Shown here: positions 35,560 through 48,867 of the stretch, in pieces
Layout of the letters: each line of letters starts with the position of its first letter
Numbering within the stretch: the first letter of the stretch is position 1
Source of the DNA: Ostrea edulis
Taxonomy: Eukaryota
Direction: 5' to 3'
Length of the DNA: 64,000 bases
Assembly (NCBI RefSeq): GCF_947568905.1
Contig: NC_079167.1
Span: 67,890,001-67,954,000, forward strand
The notes under the pieces: model-generated
What the model was told of the DNA's origin: nothing
Seen by the model: only the letters and a program-made list of their open reading frames with translations
Database searches by the model: none
Made by a program: the position numbers and the translations under genes

Positions 35560-37135
35560 TCAGATTTCCTTTAGGGAAGACTTGAGGACTTTTGGCAGAG
35601 GCAGACTCTCTACAGAATCATCGTAGTCTAAGTGCCTCTTGATGGTTTGCAGACATTTCTCCTGCAATGTCAGATACCTGCAGTATTGTACTCCCAATCC
35701 GAGTTCTGTCTCGGATGCTGTGGAGCTGACAATCGGATAAAGTGAACTGGAAACATTGTTGAGACCCGTGAATGCCACGCCCATGAATGCTCCATTAATG
35801 CTGAAGGCCAGAGTCCCGCAATACAAATTGAGGTGACATCCAATCACAGTTGTTTTGTCAAAGAAAGGTTCACAGTACTGGATTTTTTGGCCCCCATGCC
35901 AAGTGGTGCCTTTGTAGGACAAACCCCAGCTTTCTGTATCAAATCCTGTTTATACAAAAACATACAATTCATTACAATCCGACTTCTAAAACCACATAAA
36001 ATTTTTTAAAGTACAAATACTAAGATGATCTGTCAAGCCTAAGAATTAAATACAATTTGCCTTTAGAGGAAACTCGCACAACAAATATAAATCAACGTTT
36101 CCGACCACACTGTCATCAATTTACTGATCAATAAACTAGAATCAGCTCTAAATTCACAGACCTAATTATTTCATTTCCCCCAGTATAATCCTTAAAAAGG
36201 GGGATGCAAAGAATAGACTTATATTCTAGATACCAGATATATGATGATAGACTCACCGATGAGGTCTACATATTCAAAATTGCTGCGATGTAGTATTGCG
36301 TTTTCTGTTCCGACACCAACCATCACAGAGGTGCCAGATGGGGGCTCCAGGAACACTATCTCCCAGTAGTGCTCCCCCTCTGTGAACCCCTTTGTGCCTC
36401 GTACACCTAAAATTGGGAATGAAGGATTCTGTTATGCAATGACACAAGACTTTTTCAAATCAGTTGATAGTTATTCATATAAAATGTCAGAAGTTAAACT
36501 GCAATAGACTCAATCATAAAAGAAAAGGCTTTCTAAGTTTGTAAAATACTCTATTATAACACTTGTATACATACATGTATTATACAGTATTGTAATTGAT
36601 TGCCAATGATTACAAATGTTAACATTTTATAATAACAAAATTCTGCCAAAAGAATTGTTTGCACTAATTTCTAATAATCTTATTTGGATCAGAGAGAAAA
36701 AAACCCCACAATTTTTCTACAGATTTCATATTTCCATGGATGTAGTATTCATCCATGCATTTTATGCTTCATGCTAGCTGAAATAATGTGGCCCTCTCCG
36801 GTTTTTTTTTTTTTTGGAGAGGCTCCCAAAATGTCGGAATAAAAAATAGGAGAGGGCTACATCATTGCAGATAGCTTCACGCTTGAAATTCCAAGACTGG
36901 ACAAAACAACTCGGTGCTGCATTAATTTACATTGCTGTTTATGTCTTCTGCAGGATATATATAATTTACATAAAATGATAAATATTCTAATTTTGTGTCT
37001 ACCAGCAGTTCCTGTGCTTTCATAAATTGGGTCAATATAAAAGTAGGCGCTGTGTTTGTCCTTGGAAAGTAAAACTTCAGGAGATTTGGAAATGTGATCC
37101 CAAACCCAAGATTCCTGTTGAAATCCACTATGCAT
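35560..37135 (-). CDS. SPRY domain and SOCS-box protein, SPSB3-like, 222 aa; coding exons 37135-37003, 36406-36257, 35945-35560
   Basis: Spliced product contains WVWD..KSPEV, GTAGVRGTKGFTEGEHYWEI, VMVGVGT, SWGLSYKG, IGCHLNL..GTLAF and SOCS box TLQEKC...LPLPKVL; phases 1/1 are consistent; an upstream UTR exon ends at 38920 (GTAAGT). Confidence 0.9.
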
Positions 37136-38311
37136 ACTATTTCTGCAATCCAAAAAAAAAAATAAAATAAATACATATGAAGATAGTACTATGACAAAGT
37201 ATCAACAATGAGTTGCATTCTGCATTTGAAATAAATGAGAAATTATTTCATCTCTGAATTACCCCCCCCCCCCCTCTCAATAAATACTGGATCAGGATAT
37301 ACAACTTGCTTGTGCACAATACACAACACATTGCATCAAGATTTTAAGATATATACACAATTAAGTTAAACCTGAAATTTTAATTTAAAAAATCATTTTT
37401 AATCAACATGGTCAAAGATCTATGATATTATTTTGCCATAATAACAGCTGAGACCTGTATTCCTTTGTTATACAAGTCTCTGCTGGTGCATGACATAAAT
37501 TGCATACTAACCATTGTTACATACTGAATTGACTCACACAGAACCATTGCTTGGTGGCACTCAGACCAACACTGCTAGACCTTGAGTGTAATTGAGTGAG
37601 CTGTAAACCACCCACACAGGGGCTTGTAACATTTAAAATTACAGGGATATGTTCCATTTTCAGTTGAGAGTAAATAGCATGGAAATTCAAGTGTAATGTG
37701 TGGTATGTGTAGTGTCTTGAGGGTTCTCAACCAACAGAATAAATTTTGAGTTCTCAATTGTTATTACAAATGCACACAAGACTGAAATAAGTTGGATAAA
37801 ACTGCATGCAAATACTTAACAGTTCAAAATCTGATACAATGAAAAGAATGACATACATGTTACATGAATTGCATTTCAACTCGTGGAGCATGATTTACAG
37901 GTAGACAACAACACCTTTAGAGAGAGACACAGAGAATACTTCAACAGTCAAGACATAGTAATCCAATATCTCTTGGTTCCAAATCCATATGTCATTCACC
38001 CCAGAAATAGTACACGCTAAATAACAGAGTCATAGGCCACAGTGCTCACCTGAGTTCATTTGCCCAGAGATAAAAAAATCTTTAAGTTTGGGACACCAGA
38101 GGAATATACTGGCTTCTATTTTGGCCACACTCTTATTCCATGCAGGGTCATATAATGTAGCAGTTGTGGTTCCAGAGGAGTCACAGATGTGAAAAGTTCA
38201 TGACAAGGATGACAGGCAATTAACATGATTAACAGATAAATTTGGACAAGAAATTAAACCCCCATACATCACTGAATTCAATCAAATGCCCAGATGAATT
38301 AAAATAAATTT

Positions 38312-38438
38312 TAGTGATCAGACAGGTTAGGTTGCTGGTGGCCAAATATTTCAGTTGGTAGAGCACCTGACTAGAGATTCAGGGATTCAGGGGGCCTGGG
38401 TATGAATCCCAGTCTAGTTCGGTGCACTTTCTCCCTTC
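38312..38438 (+). mobile_element. Solo LTR of the tRNA-bearing TRIM family
   Basis: Aligns to the LTRs at 49417-49774 and 50579-50936 (CAGTTGGTAGAGCACCTGACTAGAGATTCAGG...TTCTCCCTTC); no PBS or PPT adjacent. Confidence 0.65.
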
Positions 38439-39199
38439 ATAATCTAATATTCTTCCATCCTCTCACCATAATTTCATTTAAAAAATAATTGGTCATTTAA
38501 GTATCTAAGCAACAGTGAACCCTAAAACCAGATTACAAAAAATATATACAATCCCCGATGACGTCTACCTGACAAGATAATGTATTATAAATGATAACGT
38601 AACTGGGTCAATGACCTAATTGCAGGTATTTTGGACTAAAATCTGTAAGATCTAAAGGCCTAATACATAAAAGAGTCTTTTATTATCATGTAACGCATTT
38701 TTAAAAGCTCATAGTCATGAACATGCTCATAATTACTGCAAATGGTGGATTATCTATCCACTGTCATGCATTACATCAAGTACAGTGCATTTGAACATTC
38801 ATGAATTTCATATTACTACCTGTATAGATTCATAATATTCTAGAAAAAAGTTGAAATGTATGGATTCCAGTAACACATTTTATTTTTTCTATGTATATCA
38901 AAACATAGTTAATACTTACATGTCTTCCTTTTCGTCGACAGTCTAGAATTAGACTGATGTTTACGAACGTCAATGATAAGTAGCGTGCGCAGTTGTTTAC
39001 CTCCAGATCTAGTGTCCTTGACACGGTGCACGAGGGATATTGACACGTTTCCTCGAACTGCATATACTTCTTGTAGATTTAAAGTATGGACTGAAGACGA
39101 ACAACTAAAAAAGTTCAAGATATTGCTGTCTTTAATGTCAATTCATGGTATTCATCCTTCGATAATTTGATAAACATGCAAGTTGCACACAAAAGTTTC

Positions 39200-39330
39200 T
39201 TATTCAGGCTACTGTTTGAAGCGTTTCATTGGATACGCGAGACACACCCCCTTTAGTCATGCGCAGAAAACAGATGTAAATGACAACTTCCGGTGTTTAT
39301 CGCTGAAATTTATTACTCTGAGTCTGAGTG
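39200..39330. promoter_or_regulatory. Candidate bidirectional promoter between SPSB3-like and PICK1
   Basis: Genes diverge from this CpG-richer patch; ACTTCCGG (ETS/GABP) at 39286-39293 and CATGCGCA (NRF1-like half site) near 39258. Confidence 0.5.
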
Positions 39331-39907
39331 CTCTTACTTTTTCGCATATGCTGTTTTAGGACAGAAAATGTACTATGATGGAAGTCAAGAGTTTGAGCTG
39401 GAGGAAGATAAATTGTATGTTTTATTTTTTTTTTAACGTTAGACCTACTCTGTATCGGCCTGACAGCTGTTTGAAAACACAAAATTTTATTTGCACAACT
39501 TTATCGTACACTATCTTATGTATCACAATATTATAATGCATACGTCCAGCCTTAACCAGATTCTGTAACACTTTTCTCATCTTCATGCACCTCTTTTTAT
39601 TCTTGAATTTGAGAGAAACCGTAGTCACGTGATCAAATATCGCCTGCACGAAAATTAGTCGAGTGTGGCACGTGTCCATATCGGCAGATGTGTCATTGTG
39701 TGTACACATTGTGTATTGAAGACCAGATTTTACTATGACGTGGCATGTTGCATACTTCGCCTATTGTATTCTGTCAAAAATTGATTATTTTTTAGGTCAC
39801 TTAAGATATTCTTGAAACTTTTGTTAAGAAGTTTGCACTGTGAAGTTATGAACTTCATGGAAAGTTAATTAGGTCTGGGATCTGCAGATGACCTAGGCTA
39901 GTGTGAA

Positions 39908-42900
39908 ATGGATGAGTACATTCACGAATATGAATATTCTTTGGTTCCCACTTTTGATGTTGATGAGTATGATCCTGAGGAAGATGGATACTTTGAGTTC
40001 TTGCCTGAGGATAAGATGTAGAGTAAAAAAATTTAATTGGTTTGAATTTATTAATTGTTTTAAAAAAAGTGTTTAAATGTTGCTGTTGAAGCTTTTGTGT
40101 TGATTTGCATATGTGTTTTGAAGTTCTATATTTTTAATTTTTCAAAAATAAGTACTAGGCTACTACTTTGCAGGTACTATAGGGTTTGAATAATTTACTC
40201 ATAAATATATGTTGTAGTAGGGACCTAACTCCTCCTGTACAGTTTTCTAACATGTACCACAACATGTAGTGTTCATGCAGTGTTCATGCACCACAACATA
40301 CAGTATACATGATGACACCATTTACTGCAACATGTATTTTGGTTTGACTGTGAAAATAGTCAAAATACACAATCATGAGCATATGAAAATGAAATTTTCC
40401 ATTATTTCATGGTTGTATGATTCCATGTTATGGACTCTTGACTTTTAATGTAATCAAAATTTCTCAGTATTTTCACCTTCTCGCTTGTTTTTATGCATTG
40501 TTAATTGCCACTAGGTGGTGTTGAATGCATACAAATGAGCTCCAAGTTAACAGTAACAGACTGAAGGTCTGAAAGCTAAAAATTGATTTAAAAAGAAAGT
40601 ATGCATACATATATATGTAGTATTGGTAATGATTATTGTGATATTTATAATTAGCAGATGCATTAATATGACCATAACTTGCATCATGTATAGGGGAATG
40701 ACAGTGACCTCTGGGGTGGTGACCCTGCAGAAGGACTCCCAGAATTTGATAGGGATCAGTATTGGAGGAGGGGCACCCCTTTGTCCATGTTTATATGTAG
40801 TACAGATCTTTGACAACACACCTGCTGCTAAGGATGGGACCCTGGCTTCTGGAGATGAAATTGTAGCAGTCAATAGTGAAACAGCCAAAGGTCGGACCAA
40901 AGTGGAGGTGGCCAAAATGATTCAGTCCATTAAGGCAAGTTGTAGATTTAATCGTTTCTTCAGAAACAAACATGAAACTGAAGTGGACAGGATTACTCAG
41001 TTGATGAAATAAAAATGCTATTACTTGCAAAATAAAATGAAATTTGAGGCTTTAAAATTTTTAGAAGGACATTTGAATTACTGGGAAAAAAATCCCAATC
41101 AGATTAAGATCAGATCTTTGCCACCACTATAGTAGATATTGAGTTTCATTTTAATCAGATTTGTAAAAATCAGGGTTTTTTTCAAGGGTAGCTTATTATC
41201 AAGAGTGACCCGTTTTCATGATTTTAGGGAGAAAACGTACTATTTTGACAACCATCCTCCCATATTTCCTTGTACTTCCCTTTGTTATGCTTTGATTTTT
41301 GTTTTTGACAACAGGGTGAGGTATCCATCACTTACAATAAGCTCCATGCTGATCCAAAACAAGGCAAATCTTTGGATATTGGTAAGAATGTGTTTTTTGT
41401 TGAAAATCCACTAATTGCCAGTTTATTAATAATGACATGAAGATTGTTTGAACTTAATGAATGATACATGTATTAGTATTGAAGAAAGTGAAACACAGAG
41501 TTGTGGAGAATATGAGCTCCAATACCGCAGATGCACTAGGACTCAGCAGGGCTATTCTGTGCAATGGTAAGTTTCTCTTTCTATATTTTAATACTCGGTT
41601 ATTAAAAACTGAGATATCTGTATCAGTACACTGAATATGCAATGGTGTATCAGTATGTTTCTCTGGGATTCTGTATACAGTATATTGGTCATCTGATGCT
41701 AAAGATAAAAGGAAAATCCAGCATTGAAATAATATTATTTTAAGTGTCTCACTGCACAGAAAGTTTTTTTTCTTCAAATTATTGATTCAATATTTAGCAA
41801 GTCCATGTTGCTTCATCTTGATGTATACTGTTTAGGTAATTTATATTTTGGGGCTGTAAGAACAATGGGGTCTTTGTATTCGCTGATTAAAAATTACTCT
41901 CTTCCTTTCATTTTTTACATATCCCCGGTGATACAAATGACTTACTTGACATTTATTCCATGTTATATTTTGTGAAATTGAAATGTTGGTGCTTTTATTG
42001 AGAAATATGATACATGTACATGGAAAAGGTTTATTACTGATAAAATGTGGTAATTGTAAATATTATATTATGTAGATGAAGCTAGAGTGTATTTGGTGTA
42101 CTATATGTCATTAATTTTGATGTAGTTTGGAAAAAAGGGAGTTGTTATTCGATCTAACAGACTTGTTCTAATAGACCAGTTGAAATTAAATGATTTGCTT
42201 TATATTTTTTAAACCAGATGGTTTAGTAAAGAAACTGGAGGAACTGGAAAAAGTTGCGGATACATACAAGGGGTTGATAGACCACACCAGAACGCTTCTC
42301 AAATCCACCTTCGAACTGTCTCAATCACATAAAGGTAGAGTGATACTTCATTCTCAGCCAAATGATCTTGTAAGATCAACGGAAAGTTATTGAATTTCCT
42401 GTTCCTTTGAGAATATATCGCTTCCAATTACATCATTGGTTAATGTTCAGTATGGATTTGCAAACTGTATGTTGTTGTAGATTAGAGTTCTGAATTTTTT
42501 AGCATTTGGGGAGGTGTTTGGGTCCATTGGTGTGAGGGAGCCCCAGCCAGCAGCCAGTGAGGCCTTCACGAAGTTTGGAGAGGCACACAGAAATATGGAG
42601 AGATTTGCAATAAGAATGCTAAAAACAGTTAAACCCGTAAGTTCTTAAAAAAACCAGAATTGTATGCAATTTAAACCATATATATATTGCAAACCATAAA
42701 CTCAAGCCAACTTGATGTTTGGGGTTGGATACTTGGATTTGACACTGGGATATAGTGTAGGGACATTAACTAAGACTCTTTCTTGTAGTGGTACATTTTT
42801 TGATGTTCTTGTGTTGTGGGCAAGATAAAAATTTAACATTTTTCTATAAAGTGTGTAGTCAGATTACTTTCTTACTACAATGATGAAAGAGTTGTCGCCC

Positions 42901-43689
42901 TTTAATTGTGTTTTCCATATTTTTTTCCAGATGATAACAGATCTCAACACCTACCTGAACAAAGCGGTGCCTGACACAAGACTTACTATTAAGAAATATC
43001 TAGATGTCAAGTTTGAATATTTGGTAAGATCTTCTTGTTGATTTTTTATGCTCCCTGAAAATTTTTGAGGGAGCATATTGTCACCGCCATGTCTGTCCAT
43101 TTGTCTGTCCGAGCTCATATTTCCTAAACCTTTCATCAGAAATTTATTTGATTGATCTCAAATGTTGTTTGAGACAAGAACTTTTAGGCTAAGGTCTTTC
43201 AAGGTCATTTTGGGAAGGTCAAGATCACTCAGATTATATGAAAATTCCTTATTTCAACAGTTTTTGATATTAAAGTTCCCATTTTCTAAACCTTTCATCA
43301 GAAATTAATCGCAATTATTCCTTGAGACAGGGACTTTGGGACCAAGGTCATTTTGGAAAGGTCAAGGTCACTCAGAACATATACCTTATATAAGTAAAAA
43401 ATTCCTGATTTCAACAGTTTTTGAACAGGTATTGAGCAGATATCACACAAGTAAGTGGTAGGCAATGGTCTCCAAGACAAAAGTCACTCAGGTCATTTTG
43501 TAATGCTCAAGGTCACTCAGAACATATACCTTATGTTATATGAAATAAAATTAATTTCAACAATATTTCAATAGTTATTGATCTCAAGGTCATTTTGGAA
43601 ATGTTTAAGTCATTCAGAACATATACCTTTTATGAGGAAAAAGTGCCTTATTTCAACTGTTTTTAGCTCACCTGAACCAAAGGTTCAAA

Positions 43690-43721
<32 letters not shown>

Positions 43722-44587
43722 TGTCGTCGTCGTTTCGTTGTAAACTTTTCACAATTTTATCTTCTTCTTCAGAACTACTGGGCCAATTTCAACCAAACTT
43801 GGCCAAAAGCATCCTTGAGTGAAGGGCTTTCAAGTTTGTTCAAATGAAGGGCCATGTCCCTTTCAAAGGGGAGATGATCACAAAAATGCAAAAATAGGGT
43901 GGGGTCATTTAAAAATCTTCTTCTCAAGAACCACTGGGCCAGAAGAGCTGAAATTTACGTGACAGCTTTCTGACATATTACAGATTCAAGTTTGTTCAAA
44001 TCATGGCCCCCGAGGTTAGGATGGGGCCACAAGGGGGATCAAAGTTTTACATACAAATATATAGGGAAAAACTTTAAAAATCTTCTTCTCAAGAATCACT
44101 AAGCCAGAAAAGCTGAGATTTACATGAAAGCTTCCTGACATAATGCAGATTCAAGTTTGTTCAAATCATGGGCCCCGGGGGTTGGATGGGGCCACAATAG
44201 GGGATCAAAGTTTTACATACAAATATATAGGAAATATCTTCTTCTCAAGAACCACTGAACCAGAAAAGTTGATTTTTACATGAAAACTTTCTGACATAGT
44301 GCAGATTCAAGTTTGTTCAAATCATGGCCCCCCGGGGGTAGGATGGGGCCACAAGTGGGGGGGGGGGGGTAAAAGTTTTACATAAAAATATAGGAAAAAT
44401 CTTTAAAAATCTTCTTCTCAAGAACCATTGGGCCAAAGAAGTTGACATTTACATGAAAGCTTTCTGATGTAGTGTAGATTTCAAGTTTGCAAAAATTGTG
44501 GCTTCTAGGGGTAATTGGGGCCATAATAGGGACTAAGGTTTTACATGCAAATATATATGGAAAGTCTTCAGATATGGGCCAAGGTGA

Positions 44588-44623
<36 letters not shown>

Positions 44624-47378
44624 AACAGGTATTGATCATATTTAACACAAATAAGTAATAGAAAAATGGCTTATATATGAAACCCCCCCAGCATATTTCA
44701 ACAATTATTAATCATTGTGCAAGTCATTCCTCATATGTTATCATATACATCATTGGTTAGATGTATTTCGGGGGGCATCCATCAGTGTGATATTCTTGTT
44801 TTAGCTATGGACTTTGCATAAATTGACAATGTGACTGTTTTTTTGTTCTTTTTGCAAATGATAGGTAAGGTTTTATTTTTAAATTAATAAAGATATTAAT
44901 TAACTAATAATGTTTTTAAACATATTTATTTGATACATAGACACACAAGATATATGATGGGATGAACAAAATTGCATACAATTGTTCTTAGTTTGGCTCT
45001 TAGCAAATGGTAGAAATCCTGGTACCTGCATGTTGTACTTGTATCTATAGACATGTTTTCTATTTCCTGTTAGGCTTACTGTCTGAAAGTGAAGGAGATG
45101 GATGATGAAGAGTACAGCTATGCTGCCTTACAGGAACCTCTGTACCGCGTGGAGACAGGAAATTACGAGTACAGGTGTGTAATATCAGGTGTTCACTGTA
45201 CTGTGTGCAGACAGGAAATTACGAGTACAGGTGTGTAATATTAGGTGTTCACTGTACTGTGTGGAGACAGGAAATTACGAGTACAGGTGTGTAATATTAG
45301 GTGTTCACTGTACTGTGTGGAGACAGGAAATTACGAGTACAGGTGTGTAATATCAGGTGTTCACTATACCTTGTGGAGACGGGAAATTATGAGCACTGAG
45401 AAATTCGGTGTACAGAGTTCTACAGGATATTGGGCAATATACTGGTATTACATGATACTGACATACTTGTTTGTATGATCAATATAAGGAATCGGGGTTT
45501 GGATCATATAAATGTGGTTATAAATACATGTCCAGTTACAAAAGAAGAATGTTATTTCATGATTGTAACATACTGTAAAAGTAGAATTTTTAGCGAGAAT
45601 TCAATTTTGGCATTATAAGTGACAGTGTTGAGATTGTGAAAATTAAATATTGATAATATTTATTCCAAATCATAGGTAATAGCTATCTTTCATACATATT
45701 GATGTATCTTTTACAACACACCTATAAATCAGGTGTTCACAGGTACTCTGTGACTGGGAAGTATAAGAATAACCAATCCATGTATGATTATTGCTGAATA
45801 AGTTTTCGATTATGGATTGTTCACTTTTATTGCAGACTAGTGTTGAGGTGTAGGCAAGATGCTCGAGTCCGATTTGCTAAGATGAGATCAGATGTGTTGG
45901 TGAAGATTGAATTGCTGGATCAGAAACACGGTAAACGGAAAAAAAATGTACCGGGATGCTTACGTTTTAAAATACTGTTGTTTGCTAGGCATAATCCAGT
46001 TATACATTTTCTGCAATGTAGGCTTTGTGTACTTTAAAAAAAGGGGGGTGGGTGGGGGGAGAGAAAAACTTCAGTACCTGTACATAAGTGCAAAGTTCAT
46101 GTTTCCAAAAAATGGGATGACAAATTGTGATGTAATTTTTGGCTTAATATACACCCACCAACATTCAACAAAATAAGATAAACCAAGTTTATTTGCACTT
46201 CAATGGCCTAGAGATGCTAATATAGCCAGGTTTTTTTTTGTGAAGTGGGGAAATATCCTTCAAATATATATGGTATATGTTTTGCAGAAGTTGTTTAAAG
46301 GTACAAAAGTGGAAACGATTTAAAAAAAACCATACAGCTCAAAGATGTTTCTGTAACTTTTGTGTTAGGATTAAATTCAAAACCATCAAAATTAATGCAA
46401 TCTTCAAATAACTTCTCTACTCCTGGACATCAAGCAGTCAAACTGTTTGCATGATTATGATAAGCAATGAGCCTTCTACCAAATTATGAATTCATGACCC
46501 CTAGGTTTAGGGTTCAGGTCCAGAAAAACTTCTTTACTTCTGAACATCATGGAGGCAAAATGTTTGCATGGTTCAGATTATGATAAGCATTGAGTCGTCT
46601 ACTAAGATTGTGAAATTTACAACTTGGGTTCAGTTTCTATCATCATTATGTGAGCAAGCAAGCATGGAATTTTCTACTGAATATTACTAAATTAGGAGTT
46701 TTTGGGCTCTATGGTAAATTACCTAATGTGTTAGAATGTTTTTGTATTAATGATTTTTAAAATTTCATGCTCTCAAGTCATGAGCTTTGGTAAATGTGAT
46801 GCATGGTACTCGGGTGACCGTTAAGGCCCATGGGCCTCTTGTTTTGTTTAGAAGTTCAGAGTACCCTCCTCTATAAACATATCTTAAATACTTGTTGGAT
46901 AACCATATAACGTATCCTTTCAAATTATGTAAAAGAAATAATCCATGGCCTAGTGTCATCACAGGCCGATTACATGAAGTGCTTTCCGAAAGTTGTGGTG
47001 ATTTTGTGCATTACATATATTTTAAAAATTATGAAATTGTAATTCCATGCATTACATTCACCCCAAATTCGATGTGCATGCATTTTTGACTCCAAAGAAA
47101 GTCACCTGTATAACATTTTCTACTTTTCAGTACAAGACATTGTGTTTCAATTACAAAGATTTGTGTCTGCCATGGCTAGATACCACAATGACTGTCACAC
47201 AGTGATGAAGGAAGCTGTAGTGTTTCCTATAGAGGTGGATCTCTCTCGAGGGACCTTCACTTACGACACTGGTAGCCAGTTCAATGATGGTGAGGATGAG
47301 GAAGAGGAGGAGGATGAAGAAGAGGCAACAGAAGGATTAAATGAAGCTCAGACAGGGGACCTCATTAGCACAGACTGA
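39908..47378 (+). CDS. PICK1: PRKCA-binding protein PICK1 (PDZ + BAR/AH domain), 431 aa; exons 39908-40017, 40694-40934, 41315-41381, 41477-41566, 42218-42334, 42503-42636, 42931-43023, 45074-45174, 45836-45930, 47131-47378
   Basis: Spliced translation tracks PICK1 throughout (VTLQKD.QNLIGISIGGG, YNKLHADPKQG, LGLSRAILCNDGLVK, DTRLTIKKYLDVKFEYL, YCLKVKEMDDEEYS, VETGNYEYR, LLDQKHVQDIVFQLQR, FPIEVDL); exons sum to 1296 nt in frame. Confidence 0.97.
43048..43659 (+). mobile_element. Degenerate HINE-like element in PICK1 intron 7
   Basis: TTTTTATGCTCCC...GGGAGCATA 5' hairpin, GTCC microsatellite, repeated AAGGTCATTTTGG..AGGTCAAGGTCACTCAGA units. Confidence 0.6.
43660..44622 (+). mobile_element. 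Complete HINE with 166-bp-type satellite core in PICK1 intron 7
   Basis: TTTTTAGCTCACCTGAACCAAAGGTTCAAATGAGC 5' end, GTC microsatellite, about 4 units, 3' CTCAGGTGAGCGATGTGGCCCATGGGCCTCTTGTT. Confidence 0.92.
45149..45396 (+). repeat. 56-bp tandem repeat spanning the PICK1 exon 8/intron 8 junction, about 4.4 copies
   Basis: Units at 45149, 45205, 45261, 45317 and 45373; the four full units each carry TACAG|GTGTGT. Confidence 0.95.
46380..46845 (+). mobile_element. Degenerate HINE remnant (related remnants at about 9600-9900 and 10215-10610)
   Basis: 3' end GGTGACCGTTAAGGCCCATGGGCCTCTTGTT; ~170-bp-type units sharing CATGATTATGATAAGC and GAAATTCATGACCCC. Confidence 0.55.
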
Positions 47379-47750
47379 AGAAAAACGGATATTCTTTAGA
47401 TATTCAATTGGCTTGGAATACAGGGATTTGAAAGCTATTTAACAATAGTCCAGCGTCATCTCAGAAAGCTTCTCAACACTAGTCCAGCATCTGCTCGCAT
47501 GAAATGAAAAGGATGTGATGTTTACAACTTTAGTCAAGTATGTTTACAATTTCAGCAACAGTGTTGTGCAGCTTTTGTTTTGAAATCGTTTAGATTTGTT
47601 CATGATATATAGAGGAAACCGATTTGCTTATGCAGAGTTTTGACATCAGTTTTATACATTTTCATAGGACAGGCAAGTGATGATAAACTGTTTTATGTTC
47701 AATGTGCATTTGTAAAAAGAGGCTGGTTGATACAAACTCGACACATTTAG

Positions 47751-48103
47751 TAGTGTTAAATCTAGGATCTACAGAGAGCACACATATCATGTTCAAAAGG
47801 GCACTTTTCGTCACGGCAAGACAATTTTGGGCACTTTCATTATATCATACTATGATAGTAATAGAATGATCATTTAGCCTCCTTCAAAGTTTTAATATAC
47901 CTGCTGCCTTGATTTTAAACTTTCCCTTCAACCTTGTGAAATAAAGAACAATTGTTTTTATTAACAAATATTTTAAAAAGATTTATAGAAAAAAAAGGGC
48001 ATGGTGCAATTAAGAAGGGCATGTCGCCAGCCAAAAAGGGCATGGCACCAGCCAAAAAGGGCATGGCACGGCACCATGCTAGTTTGTTTTAGATTTAACA
48101 CTG
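47751..48103. mobile_element. Old hAT-like MITE inside the PICK1 3' UTR
   Basis: AGTGTTAAATCTA / TAGATTTAACACTG termini; AAAAGGGCA(TGG) subterminal repeats at 47796 and 47995-48066. Confidence 0.65.
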
Positions 48104-48390
48104 CATTCTATGTATAGCACATCTCGAGTACATTACTGTACATGTAAATCCAATCATTCCAAAGGCATTCCATTTTATGTGACCGTTTTCTTAGACTATT
48201 CTCTATACTGCATTTAGAATGAAGTCAGATATATTTACTGTACTTTTTTGTTTTTGTAGATGTTTATTCTTGGACACTTTGTTGTGAATCTCTGTTTTGT
48301 TTGAATGAAATCCAATTTTTCTATTAGATATTCCAAACACCAGAAATGGTACAAATTTTGTTATAAATTATGTTATTTAATTTGTTGTGC

Positions 48391-48396
48391 AATAAA
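48391..48396 (+). terminator. Candidate PICK1 polyadenylation signal
   Basis: AATAAA about 1 kb after the stop within AT-rich sequence. Confidence 0.5.
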
Positions 48397-48867
48397 ATAA
48401 TTTATAAATGAATGAAGACTGTACAGTGTCCTTTTTGAAATGGAGAATTCAGTTTTTGCATGTCAAATTGTCCGTGTCAGCATTTTCTGCCATATTCTTT
48501 ATCTAGTAAATGAAATCAATGCCCTAGTCTCCCAAACGACAAAGGGCAAGCAATTGCTGTCCTACGACTAAGGACTTGTTTTAGGTCAAGGTCATTAGTA
48601 GATTTCAAATATTTGAGTTTGGTAATCAATTTCACAAGATGTAAAGATGACCTCTATTTTCTTTTACCAAATTAAAAATTTCTCACATTTTAAAGAATTG
48701 GTTTCTCTCTCTCTAAATGACATCACTGTTTGGGAGCTTTCCTAGTCCCCTTGTGATGGTATCTGAAGGAGGTACTCTACATTGTCATAATGGCTGACTT
48801 CCTTTTAAAACATTGATGAAAATATAAATATCAGCAACATTTGCCTATTCATTTAAAAAATCATCGA

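Noticed and set aside
38830-39170. Coding first exon for SPSB3-like
   Set aside because: Splicing 38920 to 37142 gives immediate stops in two frames and an upstream stop in the productive frame, so it is treated as 5' UTR.
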